A stretch of DNA of 24,132 bases from a bacterium (GTDB lineage: Bacteria > Zhuqueibacterota > Zhuqueibacteria > Oceanimicrobiales > Oceanimicrobiaceae): contig JBBIIG010000061.1 in the NCBI GenBank assembly GCA_037446635.1, forward strand, positions 1 through 24,132, in the 5' to 3' direction. Both the position numbers and the translations under genes were made by a program. Below are positions 8,413 to 15,442 of the stretch, piece after piece; positions within the stretch are counted from its first letter, which is position 1; each line of letters begins with the position of its first letter. The notes beneath the pieces are model-generated. The model did no database searches and was not told the origin of the DNA. It saw only the letters and a list, made by a program, of their open reading frames with translations.

Positions 8413-9231
8413 ATGCTAAAAAAACAACTGCAAGAATCGCTGGCGTTCGTTGGCGCAAAAACTCAGGCCGCTCCGAAAATCGGCATCATTTTAGGATCCG
8501 GTCTCGGGCCGTTTGCGGATGAGCTGCAAAACCAAACCGTCATTGAAACCGCCGTCATCCCACACTACCCCCGCTCCACCGTGGAAGGGCACGCCGGAAA
8601 ACTTGTTTTCGGAGAAGTTTCGGGCAAGAAAATTCTGGCGCTGCAGGGACGCGTGCATTCCTACGAGGGCTATCCCCTGCAGCAGGTGGCGTACTCCGTT
8701 CATTTGATGGCGGAGATTGGCGTCAAAACTCTCATCGTCACCAACGCCGCCGGCGGCATCAATCTTCATTTCAAACCCGGCGATTTGATGCTGATTGTCG
8801 ATCACATCAACCTGATGTTTGACAATCCGCTGATTGGCGTGAACGACGACGAACTGGGGCCGCGTTTTCCCGACATGTCGGAGCCGTACAGCAAAGAATT
8901 AATCAAACTGGCGGAGGAGACGGCGCTCGATCTCGGCATCAAATTGCAGAAGGGGGTGTTGGCGGCGCTGAAAGGCCCCACCTACGAATCCGCCGCGGAA
9001 ATCCGCATGATGCGATTTTTGGGCGGGGATGCCGGCACCATGTCCACCGTGCCGGAAGTGATCGCGGCGGTGTATCGCGGCATGAAGGTACTGGGGATTT
9101 CCTGTATCACCAATCTTGCGACCGGGATGTCGGACAAAAAGCTGTCTCACGATGAAGTCACCGAAGTGGCGGAGCTGGTGAAGGGAAAGTTTTCGCAGTT
9201 GATTAAGGCGATTATTGGGAGGATGGATTGA
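8413..9231 (+). CDS. punA: Purine-nucleoside phosphorylase (trimeric PNP I / XapA type)
   Basis: IILGSGLG, STVEGHAG.L, QGRVHSYEGY, TNAAGGIN, DHINL, GPRFPDMS, GPTYES.AE, MSTVPEV, ITNLATG, LSHDEV. Confidence 0.97.
   Translation: MLKKQLQESLAFVGAKTQAAPKIGIILGSGLGPFADELQNQTVIETAVIPHYPRSTVEGHAGKLVFGEVSGKKILALQGRVHSYEGYPLQQVAYSVHLMAEIGVKTLIVTNAAGGINLHFKPGDLMLIVDHINLMFDNPLIGVNDDELGPRFPDMSEPYSKELIKLAEETALDLGIKLQKGVLAALKGPTYESAAEIRMMRFLGGDAGTMSTVPEVIAAVYRGMKVLGISCITNLATGMSDKKLSHDEVTEVAELVKGKFSQLIKAIIGRMD
9151..9221 (+). repeat. Direct repeat copy 1 (PNP 3' end)
   Basis: 71 bp matching 10118-10188 at 70 positions (CGCAGTT vs CGCGGTT). Confidence 0.97.
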
Positions 9232-9232
9232 A

Positions 9233-9430
9233 ATGAAGTATCGAGTTGACGCCAAAGAGACCAGATTTTTTAGTTCTCTTGCGAAAGCGAGAAAATTTGC
9301 TAAACAAAATTTTCCAGCGATCATTATGAAGCGAGAGCATAGCAACCACACCATCTTGTGGCGCGAAATCGAAAGGTTTGATCGTTTTTATAATGAAAAA
9401 AAGAAAAAATGGATCGTCGGCTTTTTTTGA
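9233..9430 (+). CDS. Small basic hypothetical protein (65 aa), possible partner of the nucleotidyltransferase
   Basis: ATG 1 nt after the PNP stop, with GGGAGG inside the PNP 3' end as SD; MKYRVDAKETRFFSSLAKARKFAKQNFPAIIMKRE...WIVGFF; AT-rich. Confidence 0.6.
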   Translation: MKYRVDAKETRFFSSLAKARKFAKQNFPAIIMKREHSNHTILWREIERFDRFYNEKKKKWIVGFF

Positions 9431-10110
9431 TCGAACGGACTTCCTCATTTCCGAGATATTCAGATTGCTACTCAAAGCCAGAAGGCAAAAGATAAAAGCT
9501 GGTTTTTATTGGTGGAGTTGCAGTGAGGTATTATCTAAAGAAAACTGAGCGAATCACAAAAGATATTGATGTAGTGGTGGCTACAAAACAATTAGACGAG
9601 TTTCACAAGCTTCTTGAATTAGAATCGTACAAAGTTGGGAATTTTGATCCGTGGTTTCGTGCGATAAAAGAATTCCGAGGGAATAAAATCATATTGGACT
9701 TTACAGGCGAAAATGTTGTTGAATTAAACAACTATAATAGTCTAAAACTAAATTTCAATTCTTTTGTGCGAAAAAGAGTCAGGCTCAAGGATGGCAGGAA
9801 TTTCTATATACCATTACCTAAACTTGAAGTCCTTATCTTGTTGAAGCTTTTGTCAAGGAGAGAAAAAGACACAATCGATGTGCTATTAATTTTATTGGAA
9901 AAGTATGACGAGATTGACTTCATCAAATATCAGGAAGAAATTCAGCTCCAAGATATAGAGAGAGTAGTGTATCAAGGGTATCTGGCAGTTCAAGATTTTA
10001 TTCATTCAAAATCCTTTTTGGATTTATGGCAATTGAATTTCGACACAAGAATAACACCAGACTTGCAGAAGCTTTTAGAAAGTAGAGTCCAGCAATTAAA
10101 ACCGCTGTAA
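9393..10110 (+). pseudogene. Nucleotidyltransferase (AbiEii/DUF6036-like Pol-beta fold) with an apparent +1 frameshift at 9494-9497
   Basis: Upstream of the track start, the same frame reads KLVFIGGVAVRYY..ERITKDIDVVV (GG.A...R.T.D.D motif) and later LILLKLLSRREKDTIDV (K...R.KD..D). The N-terminus MKKRKNGSSAFFDRTDFLISEIFRLLLKARRQKIK lies in another frame from ATG 9393; removing one A joins them. Confidence 0.75.
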
Positions 10111-10117
10111 AAATTCT

Positions 10118-10188
10118 GATGAAGTCACCGAAGTGGCGGAGCTGGTGAAGGGAAAGTTTTCGCGGTTGATTAAGGCGATTATTGGGAG
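10118..10188 (+). repeat. Direct repeat copy 2 (duplicated PNP 3' end, att-like)
   Basis: Matches 9151-9221 at 70/71 nt, then diverges (GGATGGATTGA vs GATGGAGTAA); starts 8 nt after the nucleotidyltransferase stop. Confidence 0.97.
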
Positions 10189-10220
10189 ATGGAGTAAATG
10201 AAAACCACGCAGGAAGCATT

Positions 10221-11591
10221 ATGAATGAATCCCTTGTAAGATGGACTTTGCTGCATCCGAATGTTTTAAGCGAATATCTGAAATTTCCCTTTGCTGCAAA
10301 AAAGGGGCAGGAAGTTAGCACAGACTTTGGCAGAATTGATTTCGTTTTGGAAGACCATCGAAAAAACGAACTAATTGTCGAGTTAGAAACTGTATTAAAC
10401 AACAAAAGCAAATTGGAGCAATGTTTTACCCAAGTTTTGAACTACAAGAATGTGAAATTTGCTGAGGTCACCAACTACTGCATCCTTTATGCCTCTGAGA
10501 CGAATCCCAAAGCACAGCAAAAGGTAAATGAATTTGGCGAAGCCAACGATGTTTGGGTTCGAACCTATTCTCTGAAAGATATCAGAAGCCTTTATGCGAA
10601 AGCCGTAAATGACTTAACTAAGAGTTTTGGTCTCGCTTTACCCAAACCTGCGAATTACACCATCTGTTATTTGCGCTGGTTGAATAAGATTCTAAAACCT
10701 TTTTTCGACACGGGGGAAAAAGTTTTAACCCGACGAAAACTTGCCACCTACTTCACCTCAGATACATCCACCAACTTTAAGTGCTATTTGCGTTTGGCTC
10801 TCGATCTGGAGATGATTAGGTCAGATGAAGAGAGCTACCTTATTAGTGAACACGGCGAAGACTATATTGAGAATTTTGATATCGCCATTTATAGAGCCTC
10901 AAATTTGTCTTCAGTGAATATGACAAACGAGCAGAAGAAAACTCTCCTCCGTGTTATTACGAACGGAAATTGGACGGCTCATAAGGTCAACATCTATTGG
11001 TTCTTGAGATTTGTTGAAGTAACTAATGGTGATTGGATTCCGAACGTGAAGGAATTCGACAAAGAAAAATTAGATTTAATTAATGGCCTTTTTGGGGTTT
11101 CATACAAAAGCAGAACGATGTACGAATTTCTAAACTTCGCCTGTAACTGGTGCATCGAATTGGGGCTCGTTGAACGACTCAGAACGAATTCCCGATACGA
11201 TAAAATCTATCTCACTCCGCTCGGAATTGAAATTAATAACATCTTTAGTTACGACCTGCAACTCAAGAAAACTCGACTCAACCTCAACTTCCAATATTTT
11301 GGACTAATGGAAAACGAACTCGAAAAGACATTTGGGAAGTATATCGAAATAAATGACCGATTCACTTTCGACGAACTATTCAGAGACTTACTTCGTTCCG
11401 GTTGCGATCACGAAGAAAGTAAGGATATCATGCTCTACTGTTGCAATCTAAGCGCTCTCGTAGTTCAAGAGAGAATTGAGAATGGATATTATTTTCGAAT
11501 ATCTGAGCACGAAGAAATTTCTGGGGACCTAATCGATCTGTTTCGAGATCGAGAAATGGCCAAGCACATTTTGTCCAGAGAATCGAAGTAA
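10221..11591 (+). CDS. Putative PD-(D/E)XK-like nuclease with probable winged-helix domains (restriction/defence-like); last 94 aa may be a separate gene
   Basis: N-terminal EVSTDFGRIDFVLED...IVELE...QCFTQVLNY resembles the NucS/Mrr-type G.ID..E.K..Q..Y core, but with E-x-E. Two segments resemble wHTH ends (LALDLEMIR...YLISEHG; WCIELGLVE...IYLTPLG). AT-rich. Confidence 0.6.
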   Translation: MNESLVRWTLLHPNVLSEYLKFPFAAKKGQEVSTDFGRIDFVLEDHRKNELIVELETVLNNKSKLEQCFTQVLNYKNVKFAEVTNYCILYASETNPKAQQKVNEFGEANDVWVRTYSLKDIRSLYAKAVNDLTKSFGLALPKPANYTICYLRWLNKILKPFFDTGEKVLTRRKLATYFTSDTSTNFKCYLRLALDLEMIRSDEESYLISEHGEDYIENFDIAIYRASNLSSVNMTNEQKKTLLRVITNGNWTAHKVNIYWFLRFVEVTNGDWIPNVKEFDKEKLDLINGLFGVSYKSRTMYEFLNFACNWCIELGLVERLRTNSRYDKIYLTPLGIEINNIFSYDLQLKKTRLNLNFQYFGLMENELEKTFGKYIEINDRFTFDELFRDLLRSGCDHEESKDIMLYCCNLSALVVQERIENGYYFRISEHEEISGDLIDLFRDREMAKHILSRESK

Positions 11592-11715
11592 AGATAAAAC
11601 GTTTAGGTAGATAGACTTCCCAAAGTGTCAAACCATGACCCGCAAACCCAAACCCTTCACTCTGCGCTGTGGCTGGATTAGCAGCCAACTCCTCTGGCGG
11701 CGCTTTATTGGAATC

Positions 11716-12123
11716 ATGTCTCACCAAGCCATCATAGTAATCGCACTATTTTCCTTGCTTAGCTTCTTGGGCTGTGCCCAGCAAACCCGCACCACCGCGA
11801 AGAAATGCGAGCCCCTGCTCTACGAAGCGGACTTAAAGTACAAAATCGGGGAGCCGGACCGATCTCTTCAATTAATCACCAAATATGTCAATTGCTGCAA
11901 ACAAAGTAAAAATCAGCCCTCGCTCTATATCCTCGAATTGCTGCCGTTGATTTATATTGCAAAAGACGACGGCGAAAAAGCCAAGTATTGGGTCGGTATT
12001 TTATTGTACCAGTTGCCTGACTTCAACCCCACGCGAAGTTACCCACCAGAGTTTTATAAATATTTAGACGAAGTCAGAAAGCAGCGCGCCCGTGGCTCGC
12101 GGACAACTAAAAAGTCGAAATAA
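11716..12123 (+). CDS. Putative lipoprotein, helical/TPR-like
   Basis: MSHQAIIVIALFSLLSFLG-C lipobox, then helical repeats (ADLKYKIGEPDRSLQLI; LIYIAKDDGEKAKYW..LL..LPDFNP). Confidence 0.65.
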   Translation: MSHQAIIVIALFSLLSFLGCAQQTRTTAKKCEPLLYEADLKYKIGEPDRSLQLITKYVNCCKQSKNQPSLYILELLPLIYIAKDDGEKAKYWVGILLYQLPDFNPTRSYPPEFYKYLDEVRKQRARGSRTTKKSK

Positions 12124-12233
12124 AGATCAGTGGAGCTTCTCAAACGCGGCGCAAAATTTTTTGTGGAATAGCATCCCCAAGGCGGGAGTTATAACGGTTA
12201 CAAAATTAAAATGGGAGAGGAGGCCGCATTCCA

Positions 12234-12887
12234 ATGCCCTGTTCTCGTGTCGTTCTTTCTTTGTTTTTATCCACGTTTTCCATTTCCGCTGCTGCCGTCG
12301 CGCAGGAATCGCCAGATAAAATTCCCTACAAAGTTTTATCCGCCAAACCCGGCGAGCGCTGCTCCATTTGCGGCGTGCTGCTCACCGAGCAAGACGTGGC
12401 GCTGCTAGTGCGCGGCCGGCGCGTTCCTCTCAACCGCGCGATGGTGGATTCGTTTCTGGCCAATCAGGAAAAATATTTTGCCGCGAAACAGCCGCGCGGC
12501 GCGCTGTTTTCGGAAGAGATGACGGAGCAAGCGGGGGTCTCTCTCGGCGGCATCAGCGCCGGCTGGTTTTGGTTCGGCTTGTACATTCTGGTTGCGTTGA
12601 TTTTTAGCGGACTCAGCGGCTACGCGGCGGTCTCCAAAGGGCTGCCGCCGATTCGCTATTTTTTCGCCGGATTTGTGTTCAGCGTATTCGGCTATCTGTA
12701 TGTTCTAACTCGCCCCGCGCTGGCGAAGAAGGGCGAGATTCCGGAAGGGCTGGTGAAAGTGCCGGTAACCGCGGCGCCGGTGGCGTGTCCGAACTGCGGT
12801 TACGGCAATCATCCGTCGGCGAAAGTTTGCGCTGGCTGCCGCGGAACATTGCAGCCGGCGATGCAATCGGAAGTGGCAAGAGTCTAA
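12234..12887 (+). CDS. Membrane protein with YHS-like N-terminal domain and C-terminal zinc ribbon
   Basis: Signal peptide; CSICG..RGRRVPL..DSFLANQEKYF; two TM helices; CPNCG..N...KVCAGC. Confidence 0.75.
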   Translation: MPCSRVVLSLFLSTFSISAAAVAQESPDKIPYKVLSAKPGERCSICGVLLTEQDVALLVRGRRVPLNRAMVDSFLANQEKYFAAKQPRGALFSEEMTEQAGVSLGGISAGWFWFGLYILVALIFSGLSGYAAVSKGLPPIRYFFAGFVFSVFGYLYVLTRPALAKKGEIPEGLVKVPVTAAPVACPNCGYGNHPSAKVCAGCRGTLQPAMQSEVARV

Positions 12888-12923
12888 TAGATTGCAAAAT
12901 GAACCGTCAAAATGAGACAGTCA

Positions 12924-12996
12924 GATCCAACACGGTTTGCAACTGTGTTTTGGGCAGAGGCTGAAAAGATACACCGTTGCAAACGGTGTAGGATCC
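12924..12996. repeat. Inverted pair of REP-like hairpins (REPIN-like doublet)
   Basis: GATCC-AACACGGTT-TGC-AACTGTGTT (12924-12949) and, on the minus strand, GGATCC-TACACCGTT-TGC-AACGGTGTA (12996-12970). A partial third copy GGATCCAACACGGT is at 8316-8329. Confidence 0.8.
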
Positions 12997-13062
12997 GGAA
13001 GCGCTAACAATGAAAAGTGCAAAGTGCAAATTTCAAAAATCAAGTTGGAGAAAAGCGAATCA

Positions 13063-15366
13063 ATGAGTTTTGGTAAAAAAATCAGAAGCCAAATTGTTGC
13101 AGTGTTGCACTCCGGCAGCAGTCAGAACGAGCGGCCGTTTTTGAAGAAGCACAACGAGAGCAACCTCCCGGGACTGTTCATCATCGGCGATCTGGCCGGC
13201 GCGCCGGTGATCAAATACGCCATGGCGCAAGGGTACGAGGTAATCGAGCACATCGCGACCTTACCCAACGCGATGGGCGGCGGCGACGATTTGTACGACG
13301 TCGTCATCATCGGCGCCGGGGCCGCGGGACTCAACGCCGCCCTGCAAGCCAAAGAACGCAGCATGAAATATATCGTGCTGGAAAAAGAGCAGATCGCCAA
13401 CACTATCGAAAATTTCCCCGAAGGCAAATGGGTGTACGCCGAACCGGACACGCAGCCGCCGAAAGGCAAGCTCTGGCTCGACGGCGCCACCAAAGAAGAC
13501 TTGACGAAACGCTGGCACCAGATCATCGAGCAGAATCAACTGAACGTGCGGACGATGGAGGGCGTGACCTCGTGCGAAAAGCAAGACGGCGTTTTTTCTG
13601 TGAAGACGCCGAAGGGCGAATATCGCAGCAAGCGCGTGGTGCTGGCGACCGGACAGCGCGGCAATCCCCGCAAACTCAATGTGCCGGGCGAGGATCGCGA
13701 GCGTGTTTATCATCGGTTGTATTCGCCGAAAAAATATAAGAACGAAAACATCATCGTCGTGGGCGGCGGCAACAGCGCGGTCGAAGCGGCGATCACGTTG
13801 AGTGAACAGAACAAAGTTTATCTTTCGTATCGCGGCAGCGAGTTCAGCCGCATTTTCAAAGACAACGAACGCAAACTCAACGCCGCGATTGCCGCGAAAA
13901 AAATCGAGCCGCTGTTAAATTCGCAAGTCACCGAATTTGGCGAAAAGGAAGCGACGCTCAAAATCAACCGCGGCGGCGCGGATGAAATCCGCAAAATTCC
14001 CTACCACCACGCCTTCGTGCTCATCGGCGCGGACGTGCCGCGCGAGTTTCTGAAATCCCTCGGACTCAAAATGGAGAACGAGTGGGAGGGCAGCATCCTG
14101 CGCGCGGCGGCGCTGACGCTGTTGGGATTTATCGGCGTTTCGATTTTCGGCGGCGGACTCGGTGGGCATCCCAATTTTCTTGGAGTGAATTTATCATTCC
14201 TGCCCAACTGGATCGGCGCGCTGCTTTGGCTTGCGAGTTTGATTGGCCTCGTACAGTTTGGCCGCAAAGGCGACCGCTTCGCCTGGCTGGGGCTCTCCTT
14301 CTTTGTCTGGTACACGATTTACGGCGTGAAAGTCGGCAAGGGCGAAGAGTTCTGGCCCTACCGAGATTGGGGCTACAAGTTTCTCTCGTTTCTCAATCGT
14401 CCGTGGGCGTTTTGGTACACTGTGCTTTACACCACGCTGATGACGCTGTTTGGCTTGCAGGCGCTGAAACGCTGGGGCCTCGACCGCAAAGACAAATTTC
14501 AAATCTGGCGTTACGTCAGCCTGCTCAGCTTCCAGTGGATCTTCTTTTTCCTCATTCCGGAATTTCTCTTTCAGCAGGCGGTGAAATACCAGTGGGTGGG
14601 CGAGAAGCTCGCCAACGATCCGGTGTTCGCGGAGCAGGCGTGGCGCAGCTACGGGATCATCTACGCGTGGCCGCTATTCTTCTATACTTTCTTTTATAAT
14701 CCGCACCAGGTGTGGGTGGTCTGGGGCGTGCTACTGACGTTTGTGATCATCCCGATCTTCGTTCTCTTCCACGGCAAGCGCTACTGCTCGTGGATTTGCG
14801 GCTGCGGCGGTCTGGCGGAAACTTTCGGCGACCGCTGGCGGCATCTGGCGCCCAAAGGCAAAACCTCCATCAAATGGGAGTGGATGCAATTGGCGGTGCT
14901 GATTTTCGCGGCGCTGGTGACGGTTTTGGTTCTGGCAAAAGACATTTACGGCGCCATTCGCGGTACGGCAGATCTGGGGGTTCAAATTTATCGCATTTAC
15001 GCGGACGTCTGGCTCGTCGGAATTTTGCCAGTGACGCTCTATCCGTTTTTAGGCGGAAAAGTGTGGTGCCGCTACTGGTGCCCACTGGCGAAGTTGATGC
15101 ATCTGCAATCAGAATTGTTTGCTAAGCTGAAATGGAGCAAATTCAAAATCGTCGCCAACGACAAGTGCATTGGCTGCTACGAATGCTCTCGCAACTGTCA
15201 GGTGGGAATCGATGTGATGAGCTACGCCCTCAAGCAGGAGGTGTTGGACAACGCCACCAGTTCGTGCATCGGCTGCGGGATTTGTGTGACGGTGTGTCCG
15301 ATGGATACGCTTTCGTTCGGCGCCCAATCAAAAATTAACCATTCACCATTGACCGTTCACAGTTGA
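13063..15366 (+). CDS. TrxR/YpdA-like FAD/NAD(P)H oxidoreductase fused to a NapH/FixG-like membrane 4Fe-4S domain
   Basis: DVVIIGAGAAG (FAD), VLATG, VVGGGNSA...YR (NADPH-like), about 9-10 TM helices, YCSWICGCG, WCRYWCP, CIGCYECSRNC and CIGCGICVTVCP. GGAG upstream of the ATG at 13063. Confidence 0.88.
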   Translation: MSFGKKIRSQIVAVLHSGSSQNERPFLKKHNESNLPGLFIIGDLAGAPVIKYAMAQGYEVIEHIATLPNAMGGGDDLYDVVIIGAGAAGLNAALQAKERSMKYIVLEKEQIANTIENFPEGKWVYAEPDTQPPKGKLWLDGATKEDLTKRWHQIIEQNQLNVRTMEGVTSCEKQDGVFSVKTPKGEYRSKRVVLATGQRGNPRKLNVPGEDRERVYHRLYSPKKYKNENIIVVGGGNSAVEAAITLSEQNKVYLSYRGSEFSRIFKDNERKLNAAIAAKKIEPLLNSQVTEFGEKEATLKINRGGADEIRKIPYHHAFVLIGADVPREFLKSLGLKMENEWEGSILRAAALTLLGFIGVSIFGGGLGGHPNFLGVNLSFLPNWIGALLWLASLIGLVQFGRKGDRFAWLGLSFFVWYTIYGVKVGKGEEFWPYRDWGYKFLSFLNRPWAFWYTVLYTTLMTLFGLQALKRWGLDRKDKFQIWRYVSLLSFQWIFFFLIPEFLFQQAVKYQWVGEKLANDPVFAEQAWRSYGIIYAWPLFFYTFFYNPHQVWVVWGVLLTFVIIPIFVLFHGKRYCSWICGCGGLAETFGDRWRHLAPKGKTSIKWEWMQLAVLIFAALVTVLVLAKDIYGAIRGTADLGVQIYRIYADVWLVGILPVTLYPFLGGKVWCRYWCPLAKLMHLQSELFAKLKWSKFKIVANDKCIGCYECSRNCQVGIDVMSYALKQEVLDNATSSCIGCGICVTVCPMDTLSFGAQSKINHSPLTVHS

Positions 15367-15442
15367 CAATTGTAGTCAAGTCCGTAAAATGGTGAATGGT
15401 GAATGGTGAATGGTGAATGGTGAACGGTGAATGATGAATTAC
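15333..15442. repeat. Inverted heptamer tandem arrays (CATTCAC)n ... (GAATGGT)n
   Basis: About 6 degenerate units at 15333-15374 and about 8 reverse-complement units at 15387-15442, four of them exact GAATGGT. Confidence 0.9.

Noticed and set aside
8413..9231. PNP as a defence-system effector domain
   Set aside because: It is a full-length standalone housekeeping-type enzyme with host-like composition; only its 3' end is involved, as an apparent insertion target.
9151..10196. Repeat pair as a diversity-generating retroelement VR/TR
   Set aside because: Differences are few and not confined to adenines of one copy, the target is a housekeeping enzyme, and no reverse transcriptase is in the window.
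12937..13062. N-terminal extensions in the ORF track (also 6934-7011, 2890-2940, 10182-10220, 11635-11715)
   Set aside because: They mostly translate repeat or intergenic DNA; downstream ATGs fit SD position, signal peptides or family N-termini better.
15333..15442. Tandem repeats as a CRISPR array
   Set aside because: Units are 7 nt and contiguous with no spacers; no cas genes.
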